DNA of 64,000 nt from Fidelibacterota bacterium (GCA_029939575.1 JAOZSR010000007.1:2092-66091), one strand, 5' to 3'; numbered from the stretch's first letter, positions 36,014 to 45,845 are shown. Translations and numbers: made by a program. Notes: generated from the letters alone by a model not told the origin.

Positions 36014-37213
36014 CTATTGAATATTAATTATTCTTGATAAATTTCCTATAACATCATATCCATCCCAGATAGGTCCTATATCAAGAGCCTTCCCTACTGG
36101 TACTACTCTATCAATTCCCTTCAACCTATTATGAAAAATAAAATCTAAAAAAATCTTTTTTTCAAAACCAAAATAGGTTAATGTTTGAAAAGAACTGTCA
36201 ACTAAATGGCTTATCGAATTTATATCACTTGTTTCAAATTCATAAAAATATCCAAACTTTCCAATTAGTTGTTCCTTATTTTCAGGAAGTGCCTCAAGAC
36301 TAATCCGATATAAATTAACTCCATTACTCTTAAATGAAATATTCGATTCCATGTCAATAGCATTCCGGCATAATTGCATATATTTATCAACAGTTTGGAT
36401 ATATTCCATATGATATTTTTTTTCAACAATTCGACTGACAGCCTGCCAAAAAACCTCTTTACCCTTTTTATCACTTTTCCCTAACCATATTACTAATCGG
36501 GGAGACGAACAAGCATTTTGGTCCATCAAATATGTATCATTATAAAATTGCGTTGCAAGTTTTTCCAGATTATTTTCATCTAACTGAATAATTTTTTGAG
36601 CATTAAGCACACAGATAGAATAGCGATCAGAAAAAGCAATTTCAATACATCGGGCAGGAACCATTATTTTTCTGATATTGAATATTGTACTATTTCCTCC
36701 CCAAATAACCCGGGCATCACAGTGTTTAGAAAATTCACCGGTTATTTCATCGTTTTTTTTATAACGAACCACTACAGTATTTTCTTTAAAATTATGATAT
36801 TTTTTTTCTGATAATAACATGTTTAAATCATTACAAATAATATCTATTTGGGGAAATTTTTTTGAAGGAGTTCTGACAATATTGGCATTTCCCGCTAACA
36901 TACTAAAAACCAGGGAAAAGGCAAAATTTATAGGAACATTTGATGGAGTAATATGAAAAGCAAGGCCTCTACCAATTCTATTCTTATTATCATGAAATTC
37001 TGATTTCATTTTTTGGACATTGGCTTTTCGACACCAAAATGAAAAAGTTGCAATATCCGGATATTTTGCAACGTTCCTGTTTTTCCTTAAGATTGATGAA
37101 AATTCATTAAGAAATTCACAAACTAAATCATTATACGGAACCATTGGTCTGACGTCAATTTCAGATTGTCCAACTAAATATTCGATATGCGAATTCTCAG
37201 GCAATTGTATCAC
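36014..37213 (-). CDS. LuxC-family acyl-CoA/acyl-protein reductase-like protein
   Basis: 399 aa; reads as a divergent aldehyde-forming acyl-reductase of the LuxC family. No individual motif was checked. Its neighbour is LuxE-like, which supports the pairing. Overlaps that LuxE-like gene by 17 nt. Confidence 0.5.
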   Translation of the reverse strand: MIQLPENSHIEYLVGQSEIDVRPMVPYNDLVCEFLNEFSSILRKNRNVAKYPDIATFSFWCRKANVQKMKSEFHDNKNRIGRGLAFHITPSNVPINFAFSLVFSMLAGNANIVRTPSKKFPQIDIICNDLNMLLSEKKYHNFKENTVVVRYKKNDEITGEFSKHCDARVIWGGNSTIFNIRKIMVPARCIEIAFSDRYSICVLNAQKIIQLDENNLEKLATQFYNDTYLMDQNACSSPRLVIWLGKSDKKGKEVFWQAVSRIVEKKYHMEYIQTVDKYMQLCRNAIDMESNISFKSNGVNLYRISLEALPENKEQLIGKFGYFYEFETSDINSISHLVDSSFQTLTYFGFEKKIFLDFIFHNRLKGIDRVVPVGKALDIGPIWDGYDVIGNLSRIINIQ

Positions 37214-38279
37214 TGCATCCCCGTATTTCCGCTGAAGTTACTCTTCCATTAATTTTAAAATATTTCCCTTTTCTGCCACAAGAGCAATCATCCTCACCAA
37301 GAATTTGCCCGATATCCTCTGTTAAAATATTATGACCCGGATAACTTTTTGGTAAAAGTGAAATTAATTGTACTAATCCGGATTCTCCGACTTTACAAAG
37401 AGATAAATCAGCCCGTCTAATTAAAATATCTGAATAAATAGATGTATGCAGATGCCCTTCTTCACATTCAATAAAAACTGAACCGGTTTGCTCGACCATA
37501 CCATAATAATTATGAACCCTATTAAGTCCACAACTTTTGTTCAAAGCCTTTTTGTAAGAATCATTATCAACAGATTCCTCGGTTAATTTTTTCCATCCTC
37601 CACCATGAAATAGAATTGCATTTTCTAAAGGCAATCGAATTCCTAAGTCAAGTAATTTTTGATGAAAATATTTCCAAACAACAAAAGTAAATCCAAAAAG
37701 CAATATTTTATCATTTTTGTATTTTTCACAAAATATCTGCACATTTTCAATATCCAGTTCCATATTTTCATCTAAAGCATATTGATGATTTCTACCAAAT
37801 GTTGAAAACCCCAGTATTCCGGCACCACGTGCTGAAAAAAGAGTCCTGTCTTTTAACACAGATGGCGTATCTATAATCAGCATAGGCAGACGTTTTTTGC
37901 CAATAAAATTTGTAACAATTTTAGATAGTACTTTGATTTGATTTTTTGCTGCAGTTTTATCGAGAAAAATTTTTGAAACCCGGTTTCCACCAGTTCCTGA
38001 AGAAGTCATGGTTTTGAATATTTCAGATCTTTTAATACTAAACAAATCATACTCCTTAAATAACCTGACAGGAATGAATGGAATCTCACTTAACTTGTGG
38101 GTTTGTGTGGGATCATAATTTAGTAAATTCAGGATATTACGATAATGATCAGAATTTTGATAATGATGTAAAGTCATTTCATTGACAACCTGTAAAAATA
38201 GTTTATTTTTCTCTTCTTTATTTAATCCATAAGGACAATTTTCAATTATTTGATCAATATTAAACAATCTGATTCTCAT
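37197..38279 (-). CDS. LuxE-family acyl-protein synthetase-like (adenylate-forming)
   Basis: The TSSGTGG motif (phosphate-binding loop of LuxE/PaaK-type adenylating enzymes) and a length of 360 aa fit the LuxE family. Confidence 0.55.
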   Translation of the reverse strand: MRIRLFNIDQIIENCPYGLNKEEKNKLFLQVVNEMTLHHYQNSDHYRNILNLLNYDPTQTHKLSEIPFIPVRLFKEYDLFSIKRSEIFKTMTSSGTGGNRVSKIFLDKTAAKNQIKVLSKIVTNFIGKKRLPMLIIDTPSVLKDRTLFSARGAGILGFSTFGRNHQYALDENMELDIENVQIFCEKYKNDKILLFGFTFVVWKYFHQKLLDLGIRLPLENAILFHGGGWKKLTEESVDNDSYKKALNKSCGLNRVHNYYGMVEQTGSVFIECEEGHLHTSIYSDILIRRADLSLCKVGESGLVQLISLLPKSYPGHNILTEDIGQILGEDDCSCGRKGKYFKINGRVTSAEIRGCSDTIA

Positions 38280-39685
38280 TAATTTAATTCAGAGTATAAT
38301 ACTTTCCCGGAATCATTTCTGGGAATATTATCAATAAATTTCATTTTAAAACCAGCTAAGTTGATACCTATTTTAGTTGAAATATATTTTAATACCTTTG
38401 TTTTATCAACATTCCCAGTAAAATAAATTACAAGATTATCATCTGTTCCGGCACAGGCACAGTTATAACCTTTGGTTTTTAACAATTGCTCAACTTCATC
38501 AAGATTAACCCGTTTACCATACATTTTCAAAAATCGTTTCATTCGACCTGTAATATAGAAAAATCCATCGTCATCCCGTTTTGCCATGTCACCTGTATGT
38601 AATATTCCTTTATTTTCATCACCTTTGGAAAGATCAGCAATACATTGAGCATATCCCAGAGTTACATTTTTTCCCTTATATACTAATTCACCGGAAACAT
38701 TATTTTGCTCAATCTTTTGATTATTCAGGTCTTCCAGCCAAAATTGCCCGCCCGGAATTGCAATTCCCATACTGCCCAGTTTTTTTTCTGCAAATTCCCA
38801 GGGTAAATATGACATTCTTGCTGTTGCTTCTGTCTGACCATACATTACAATAAATTTCATATTTTTAGATCTACAAATTTGATTGAATTCAGCAATTATT
38901 TCCTTATTTAGTTTTCCTCCGGCCTGAGTTAATACACGTAAATCCGGTAAATCCATTCTTTCAAAACGTAATTTCTTTAACATTTCATAAATATATGGCA
39001 CTCCACCAAAAGTAGTTGCTTTATACTTTTTTATTTGAGTCCAAAACTTTTTCTCCATCAAAGTTGAATCAGTCATAATAATTGAAGCACCACATAAAAA
39101 ATGGCTGTTTATAATTGATAACATAAAAGTATAACTCATTGGCATTGTAGCAATGGGACGGTCTTTTGGACTAATCTCCAAATATTGGGCAATTGATTCT
39201 GCATTACTATTTATATTTTCATAAGATTGGCGGACAAATTTTTGACTACCTGTACTACCGGATGTTGTCAGCAATAGCGCCAGGTTCGAATCTATCTTAT
39301 GATGTTTATTAAATTGAGTTTTCACTAAAGAATATGCAGAATCTGAAAAAGTCACATCACCATCAATTTTCAGAGGTTTTGATGAATTGGGACGAAAAAT
39401 AAAATTGGGTTGATACTGATTTACCAAGGTTATGAGTAAATCCTGGTCAATTGTGTTATGAATAAGACAAATAACTGCTTTTGCTCGTAAGGCTCCAATA
39501 TATCCGGCAACTGATTCAAAACTATTTTGACAGATAGCAAAAACCAGATCACGGTTTTCCAAAAATTTACCAATCTCATCAGCTTTCTGTATTAATTTCT
39601 GATAAGTTATTTTTTTTCCGCTACTGGTAATAATAGCCAGTTTGTCCTTGTATTTATCAATATCATCATAATAATTCATATTCAC
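38279..39685 (-). CDS. AMP-dependent synthetase/ligase (acyl-ACP/CoA ligase)
   Basis: LLTTSGSTGSQKFV (AMP-binding motif I), YGQTEA (motif II), GDMAKRDDDGFFYITGRMKRFLK (motif III and hinge). Confidence 0.75.
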   Translation of the reverse strand: MNMNYYDDIDKYKDKLAIITSSGKKITYQKLIQKADEIGKFLENRDLVFAICQNSFESVAGYIGALRAKAVICLIHNTIDQDLLITLVNQYQPNFIFRPNSSKPLKIDGDVTFSDSAYSLVKTQFNKHHKIDSNLALLLTTSGSTGSQKFVRQSYENINSNAESIAQYLEISPKDRPIATMPMSYTFMLSIINSHFLCGASIIMTDSTLMEKKFWTQIKKYKATTFGGVPYIYEMLKKLRFERMDLPDLRVLTQAGGKLNKEIIAEFNQICRSKNMKFIVMYGQTEATARMSYLPWEFAEKKLGSMGIAIPGGQFWLEDLNNQKIEQNNVSGELVYKGKNVTLGYAQCIADLSKGDENKGILHTGDMAKRDDDGFFYITGRMKRFLKMYGKRVNLDEVEQLLKTKGYNCACAGTDDNLVIYFTGNVDKTKVLKYISTKIGINLAGFKMKFIDNIPRNDSGKVLYSELN

Positions 39686-39727
39686 TCCATTTGGTTAAAT
39701 CTTCAAAATTTTAATTATTTCATGGAG

Positions 39728-39967
39728 TCACATTTCAATTTTATATTTTTTCAAAATTTCTTTTCCTTTATTATATGAACTAAAATCAATAACATCATCA
39801 GTTTCAAGCATAATTTCAAATGCTTCTTCTAAGGATGCGATTAAAGACATATGCCCTACTGAATCCCATTCCGGAATTGTATTATATTCAAGTTCAGCGT
39901 TTAATTTACTTGCCTCAATTGAAAAGTTTTCCATAAATGCCTGATTATATTTTTCCTGGTTATTCAT
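39728..39967 (-). CDS. acyl carrier protein-like (phosphopantetheine attachment)
   Basis: 79 aa, acidic, with WDSVGHMSLIASLEEAF containing the DS(x) phosphopantetheinylation motif. Confidence 0.6.
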   Translation of the reverse strand: MNNQEKYNQAFMENFSIEASKLNAELEYNTIPEWDSVGHMSLIASLEEAFEIMLETDDVIDFSSYNKGKEILKKYKIEM

Positions 39968-39988
39968 ATCTAATTTCCTTTTTTTTAA

Positions 39989-40966
39989 TTATTTAAGGTT
40001 CTGATAATTTTTTGAATAGGGATTTTTAAGTATCCCATCCTTTAATAATTTATAAATTTCCCAGATTCCATCAGAAACTCTTTTATTTATTTCATATCCT
40101 AAACAATCTTTAATTTTTGAAAATTCAACCCTATAATCACGAGGATCTTCATCTTTTTTCACATAAGATATTTTAGCATTAGGGATCATTTCCGACATTA
40201 TTTCAGCCAGCATTTTTTTCTGATAATTTTCCTGAGTATCACCAACACCAAAAACCTGTTGATTTACTTTTTCTTTTGGACTTTCGAGTACCAGAATACA
40301 TGCTTTTGCTAAATCTTCAACATGACAATAAGGACGCCAGAACTGTTCTCCAAAAATCACTAATTCTTTACCCAAAGTTAATTCTCTGGCAAATTCATTT
40401 ACTGTCAAATCAAAACGCATACGAGGTGAGATTCCATAAACAGTGGAAAAACGTAATGCAGTGGGAGATAAACTTTTTATTGATTCACTTTCGAGTATAT
40501 ATTTTTCGAACTTTACTTTTAATTTCGCATAAAGAGAAACCGGATTAAGAGGTGATTTTTCATTAACATACCCTGTTCCTTCCATTTTTCCATAATTGCT
40601 ACAAGTTGATGCAAAAATAAATCGTTGAATTGTTTTACTTTCATTGCATTTATCAAATAATAGTTTTGATCCTTCCCAATTAGTTTGAGTTGCAATCTGC
40701 GGATCTTTGGCACATGCCGGATCGCCGACTATTGCTGCAAGATGTACGACACTATCAATATTTTCAAGACTTTTTTCAATATCTTCTTTCTTCCTTATAT
40801 CACCTCTGAAAAATTCAAAATTTGGATGAGAATATATACTTAACAATGATTCTCCTCCAAAATTCAAAATATCCATCCCTCTGACAAAATATCCTTTAGA
40901 TAAAAGTTTTCGGGTTAAAATAGAGCCAATATAACCTGCGCAGCCTGTAACTAAAACACGCCTCAT
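39989..40966 (-). CDS. NAD-dependent epimerase/dehydratase (extended SDR)
   Basis: N-terminal VLVTGCAGYIGSIL Rossmann motif and a length of 325 aa, typical of nucleotide-sugar epimerases/dehydratases. Confidence 0.75.
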   Translation of the reverse strand: MRRVLVTGCAGYIGSILTRKLLSKGYFVRGMDILNFGGESLLSIYSHPNFEFFRGDIRKKEDIEKSLENIDSVVHLAAIVGDPACAKDPQIATQTNWEGSKLLFDKCNESKTIQRFIFASTCSNYGKMEGTGYVNEKSPLNPVSLYAKLKVKFEKYILESESIKSLSPTALRFSTVYGISPRMRFDLTVNEFARELTLGKELVIFGEQFWRPYCHVEDLAKACILVLESPKEKVNQQVFGVGDTQENYQKKMLAEIMSEMIPNAKISYVKKDEDPRDYRVEFSKIKDCLGYEINKRVSDGIWEIYKLLKDGILKNPYSKNYQNLK

Positions 40967-40968
40967 GA

Positions 40969-42267
40969 TTATTTTCCTCCGGGAATTAGAGTTAATATTT
41001 CTTTAATCGGCATACAGTATTTATCCGCTTCAAGAGCTCGTTCATTCTCTAAAATACTTTTTGCAGTATTTAACATAGCCGGATATGCGCTTCTTAATAA
41101 TTGATTAGCATAAATAACAACAGAAATTCCAGAATCAATCAATTCTTTTTCTGTAATCTTACAATAGGTTGAAGGCACAACTACTACAGGAACGCGTTTT
41201 TTAAAATTATTATAGGATTGACAAAATTCTAATATTTCATCGGGACTTTTTTCTTTGCTATGTATCATAATAGCATCTGCTCCTGCACGAATATAAGCAT
41301 TAGCACGAATCAGGGCATCGTCAATACCCTTTTTCAAAATCAGGCTCTCGATTCTGGCAATAATCATAAAATCATTTGTCACCTGGGCTTCTTTACCTTG
41401 TTTAATTTTATCACAAAAATGCTCAATATCATCCTGTTTTTGTTTAACATCAGTTCCAAAAAGCGAATTTTTCTTTAAACCAATTTTATCTTCGATAATT
41501 ATTGCTGAAATACCAAGTCGCTCAAGGCTTCGGACTGTAAAAACAAACCGTTCTGAAATACTCCCGGTATCACCATCAACAATTATTGGTTTTGTTGTTA
41601 CTTCCAGAATGTTATTTATAGTTGACATGCGGGAGGTGAAATCTACTAATTCAATATCAGGTTTGCCTTTGGCTGTGGAATCAGTAAGACTACTAATCCA
41701 AATCCCATCAAATTCATTAATTTTTTCTTTCTTCTGAACCTGTACATTTTCGGCGATAAGCCCAGTTAATCCATTATGAGCCTCAATAACTCTTACAATG
41801 GGTTTTGCTTCAATTAATCTCCGGAGTTTTGCTCTTCTGATTTCTGAAGTTGTGCCTACTTCTTTAATACGTGCATTGAGATATGTAGATGAAACACCTT
41901 CGGTATATGGTACTTCTATTAATTTTCCACCCCATTTTTTTAATGTATCAATTACCCGTTTCCTGGTTTCGTGCTGCACACCGGTTTTCCAATCATCTCC
42001 ATGTACAACAAAATCCGGTTTGTACTTTTCTAAATTTGGAACATAATCAAGAGTTTCCTGAGGAAAAACCTGGCTCACTCCTTTAATATTTCGAATAATT
42101 TCTTCACGTTGTTTATAATTCATATATGGCAAACGTTTATAACTTGCTATTGCCTGATCTGTAAGTAATCCAACAATAACTTCCCCATATTCCCTGGCTT
42201 TTTTAATAACGTTTAAATGTCCGGGATGTATCAGATCAGCACTCATTCCTATATATACTTTTTCCAT
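40969..42267 (-). CDS. bifunctional cytidylyltransferase / phosphoenolpyruvate phosphomutase (Fom1-like Ppm-CyTase fusion)
   Basis: N-terminus: [15 protein letters not shown] (HxGH nucleotidyltransferase motif). C-terminus: VDGDTGSI and [15 protein letters not shown], which match the PEP mutase/isocitrate-lyase-superfamily catalytic motifs (vDaDtGfG; EDK..PKrcgH region). Confidence 0.8.
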   Translation of the reverse strand: MEKVYIGMSADLIHPGHLNVIKKAREYGEVIVGLLTDQAIASYKRLPYMNYKQREEIIRNIKGVSQVFPQETLDYVPNLEKYKPDFVVHGDDWKTGVQHETRKRVIDTLKKWGGKLIEVPYTEGVSSTYLNARIKEVGTTSEIRRAKLRRLIEAKPIVRVIEAHNGLTGLIAENVQVQKKEKINEFDGIWISSLTDSTAKGKPDIELVDFTSRMSTINNILEVTTKPIIVDGDTGSISERFVFTVRSLERLGISAIIIEDKIGLKKNSLFGTDVKQKQDDIEHFCDKIKQGKEAQVTNDFMIIARIESLILKKGIDDALIRANAYIRAGADAIMIHSKEKSPDEILEFCQSYNNFKKRVPVVVVPSTYCKITEKELIDSGISVVIYANQLLRSAYPAMLNTAKSILENERALEADKYCMPIKEILTLIPGGK

Positions 42268-42295
42268 AATTTCACCTATATCAATTAATTATAAC

Positions 42296-43624
42296 TTATA
42301 TATTTACTTTATCTTTAAAATCTTTCGGTAATCCCGGATAATTGTATGGAGGATGAACATTTTCTCCCGGAGGTGGCAATTTCCCACCATACCAGGCGGA
42401 TGTATCTTTATGAATATCACATATAAATCTGCTAACCAGAGCTAACTGTTCATAATAACTGAGATTAGAAATTTTTTCTACGGATTTGATTTTTTCGGGG
42501 TTTAGTTTTTGTATAATTTCAGTTAAATTTGTTACCCAAATATCGCACATTCTTTTCCTGAACATCTTAGTCTTATTTTCTAAATATTCTGATTTATATG
42601 AAGGTTCATCAAAAACTTTTATGTCTTCCAACGTCCAATCATATCTTAATGGATGACGAGCAAAATCATTTAATAAATTTCGATTTTCACCTGGGTCAGA
42701 TAAGAGATCATAAAGTTCTTCCTGAGAGCCGGTTATGGCGGTATGAGGACTATAATGAGCAATATATTTCCATTGATCTTTAAGAATAGAGGTTACCCGG
42801 TGAGGTTGCATTTTATACATTGTATCAGAAATAATTTCTTCTGCTACTTCAATCACATTATCAGTAATCAGCGGATTTAATTGCATTAAATGATGATTTT
42901 CATTAATAATACGCGGTTTATCTGCTGTAATAAAACAAGGTACCCTAATTATTGTCTCATATAAAAAGAAAGCATGACCAATTAAATTATTATGTTCTTT
43001 TGACATATCTCCATGATCAGAATAAAAAATCAAGGTTGTATCATCCAAATTAATTTGATCATATAAAATTCCGAGAGCCTGATCATCTTCTCTGATAATT
43101 CTTTTTAACATTTGAGGATCATCAGGATTTTCCGGAGTTACAGGCGGAACTGCAGAACATGAATGATAAAACAAAAAATATGGATCGTCAACATCTTTAA
43201 TTGTATCTAATATATTTTGAATTGTTTTTTTTGTTGTGCCTTGTTCAATAATAACTCTTTCTGCATCATCTCCCATATAAATACCATCAGCATAATCCTG
43301 AATATATTTTTCAGTAAATAAAATAAAATTTTTTCTACCGGTATCTTTCATTTTCTTAAAAATATTATCTGCATAAAATTGTGGTTTATCCTCAGGATAA
43401 GTAAATCTATCAAACTGATAAGGTAATCTATTATTTATAATTGCACTGAGCGTCATTACTGTAGAAGCAGAATTAGAATACATTTTTTTAAATACAATAC
43501 TTTTTTGTGCTATTCTATCCATGTTAGGTGTTGGAAATCTTCCACCAAAAGTCGAATATAAATTTTGACTTCTACTATCAATCGAAAACATTATAATATT
43601 TTTCTTAGGTTTAAAATTCACCAT
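42296..43624 (-). CDS. sulfatase / alkaline-phosphatase-superfamily protein (no obvious TM anchor)
   Basis: N-terminal IIMFSIDSRSQ and mid-protein IFYSDHGDM resemble the metal-binding motifs of sulfatase/phosphoethanolamine-transferase catalytic domains. Confidence 0.55.
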   Translation of the reverse strand: MVNFKPKKNIIMFSIDSRSQNLYSTFGGRFPTPNMDRIAQKSIVFKKMYSNSASTVMTLSAIINNRLPYQFDRFTYPEDKPQFYADNIFKKMKDTGRKNFILFTEKYIQDYADGIYMGDDAERVIIEQGTTKKTIQNILDTIKDVDDPYFLFYHSCSAVPPVTPENPDDPQMLKRIIREDDQALGILYDQINLDDTTLIFYSDHGDMSKEHNNLIGHAFFLYETIIRVPCFITADKPRIINENHHLMQLNPLITDNVIEVAEEIISDTMYKMQPHRVTSILKDQWKYIAHYSPHTAITGSQEELYDLLSDPGENRNLLNDFARHPLRYDWTLEDIKVFDEPSYKSEYLENKTKMFRKRMCDIWVTNLTEIIQKLNPEKIKSVEKISNLSYYEQLALVSRFICDIHKDTSAWYGGKLPPPGENVHPPYNYPGLPKDFKDKVNI

Positions 43625-43635
43625 AATTTTCCTTA

Positions 43636-44745
43636 CTAATAAATTTCTTTTAAAATATTTACAATCTTATCTGGAGTTAAATCAACAATATTGTTCTCAA
43701 TACGTCCCTTTGCCATACTTTGCTTTGAAAGAAAATTTAACTCTTCCTCTTTCACTCCATAATGAGATAATTTAAAACCAATTTTTTCATTTATACTTAA
43801 TAGGATATCATGCCAAAAAATTTCTATATTTTTAGAGCCTGTTAATGCTAAAATTTGCTTGATTTCTGTTTTGATTTTTGGATAATTTATTTTTAATAAA
43901 GAATAAAGTGACATTGAACATGCAATACCATGAGGAATATTATAATATAATGTTAATGGATAACTAATAGAATGAGCAGCTCCTGTTTTAGTATTTGAAA
44001 AGGCTAATCCTGCATACATAGAAGCTAAAATTAATTCTTTCCGCATTTCCTTTGATATTGCTTTCTCTATTTTTGTTATACAATTATAAATTATTACAAT
44101 TGCAGAAATTGCTAATCTTGTAGAAACAGGATTCCTGTTTTTATTCCAGATAGCTTCAAAAGCATGAGATAGAGCATCTAAGGTAGAAATAATAGAATTT
44201 TCCAAGGATAAGGTCGATAATAAGTCAACATTATAAATTGCAAAATCCGGATAGTTTCCCACATCAGAAACAGATATTTTCTTTTTATTTTTTTTATCCC
44301 ACACTGTTGCCCACATTGTTAATTCACTTCCGGTACCATGGGTTGATGGAGCAACAATAAAAATAGGTTTTTTGAATTTTTCAGGATTTAATTTCAATAA
44401 ATTGTTAATATTTTTTTCATGGGTATATAATGACATTCGTACAGTTTTTGCCGTATCAATTACCGAACCACCACCGATTGCAATAATTAAATCCGGTTTT
44501 ATTTTCCAGGCATAATCAATAGAACTTTGGCAACTTTTTAACGACGGATTCAATTCATATTCCGAAAAAACATTTAAATTTGGTTTTGCCTGAGATAATT
44601 TTTTAAAATATTCGGTTTCAATAAAATGTTTATAGCAAAACAGAATAATTTTGTTCTGATCAAAATTATCTATTTGACTTATTAAAGTATCAACCAAATC
44701 ATCTGAATGAAATATTGTAACCGGATTATAGTATTGCCAATTCAT
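43636..44745 (-). CDS. iron-containing alcohol dehydrogenase (phosphonoacetaldehyde reductase candidate, FomC/PhpC-like)
   Basis: GGGSVIDTAK and the downstream His-rich metal-binding region are typical of group III Fe-ADH. Adjacent to ppd and ppm. Confidence 0.7.
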   Translation of the reverse strand: MNWQYYNPVTIFHSDDLVDTLISQIDNFDQNKIILFCYKHFIETEYFKKLSQAKPNLNVFSEYELNPSLKSCQSSIDYAWKIKPDLIIAIGGGSVIDTAKTVRMSLYTHEKNINNLLKLNPEKFKKPIFIVAPSTHGTGSELTMWATVWDKKNKKKISVSDVGNYPDFAIYNVDLLSTLSLENSIISTLDALSHAFEAIWNKNRNPVSTRLAISAIVIIYNCITKIEKAISKEMRKELILASMYAGLAFSNTKTGAAHSISYPLTLYYNIPHGIACSMSLYSLLKINYPKIKTEIKQILALTGSKNIEIFWHDILLSINEKIGFKLSHYGVKEEELNFLSKQSMAKGRIENNIVDLTPDKIVNILKEIY

Positions 44746-45845
44746 TTTTTTAAGGAATCCATAAATTTTAATTTCATTTCTACTGGTGTAATATTTGGTC
44801 TCTTCAGATCTTTAATAGTTCCTTGTTTAATAGGAATATGCAGAAAAACCGGGCCGGAAGTTTTTGAGAATTTTAGCAAATATTTTTTAAATTCATCGGG
44901 ATTATTAATCGTTAAACTTTCATTATAGCCACATTCTTTCGCAATTTTTGGGAAATTACATTTTGAAGAAGTTGTTTTTTGACCACCTGTTGATTCATAA
45001 ACCTGATTATCAAAACATATATGCACAAAATTTTCAGGTTTATAAAATCCAACAGTTGACAGAGTTCCCATTTTCATCAATAAAGCTCCATCACCATCTA
45101 AGACAAAAATTCTTCTATCAGGAAATGATTTGGCAATTCCAAGACCAATTGATGCTAAACATCCCATAGAGCCCATCATATAAAATTTCCCTGCAATATC
45201 TGATGTCTGGTAAAGTTCTCTTCCGGAAAACCCGGTCGCTCCCAGGAGAATATCATCTTTTTGTGAAACCTCTGATAATTTTTCCAGATAATCTAACCTG
45301 GAATACAAAGCTAATTTTTCTTTACATCCTTCGTTAAATTTTTCAAAATATCCTTTTTCGATTATAAATGCATAAGGAGTAGATTGTTTATTAAAATGAT
45401 TAAATGCGGTTTTAATTTGCTTATTTAAATCTTCCGGGGAATCATTCTCTTTAAGTAAAAGACTGTAAGGAATGCTAAAAACTGACAATAATTCCCGAAT
45501 TGTATCTCCCATAATTTTATGCTGCGGTGCATCATTCATGCCTGGCTTAGCTCTCCATGAAATAAGTAACAAGGCTGGTAATTTATACATTAATTGCAGA
45601 GATGATAATGGATTAATTGCATTACCATATCCATCATTTTGCATATAAACTACCGGGACATTATCTGAAAGGGCGATGCCAGCTGCAATTCCCATTGCTT
45701 CTCCCTCTGAAGAGCAGGTATAATTATTCACTTTTTCATGAAATTCAATGTAATTAATCAGATCTTTAAAAACAGAACAGGGAACGCCGGAAAAATTTAG
45801 TAATTTATTGTTAATTAACGAATTTATAAAAGTTTGTGGTTTCAT
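44742..45845 (-). CDS. ppd: phosphonopyruvate decarboxylase-like TPP enzyme
   Basis: 367 aa. TPP-binding motif VLDGDGALLMKMGTLSTVG. The length and architecture fit the Ppd/sulfopyruvate-decarboxylase family. It is the first gene of the long operon and overlaps the Fe-ADH by 4 nt. Confidence 0.7.
   Translation of the reverse strand: MKPQTFINSLINNKLLNFSGVPCSVFKDLINYIEFHEKVNNYTCSSEGEAMGIAAGIALSDNVPVVYMQNDGYGNAINPLSSLQLMYKLPALLLISWRAKPGMNDAPQHKIMGDTIRELLSVFSIPYSLLLKENDSPEDLNKQIKTAFNHFNKQSTPYAFIIEKGYFEKFNEGCKEKLALYSRLDYLEKLSEVSQKDDILLGATGFSGRELYQTSDIAGKFYMMGSMGCLASIGLGIAKSFPDRRIFVLDGDGALLMKMGTLSTVGFYKPENFVHICFDNQVYESTGGQKTTSSKCNFPKIAKECGYNESLTINNPDEFKKYLLKFSKTSGPVFLHIPIKQGTIKDLKRPNITPVEMKLKFMDSLKK

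Noticed and set aside
36265-36474. 69-aa nested ORF within the LuxC-like gene
   Set aside because: Alternative frame of a confidently coding region; no independent evidence.
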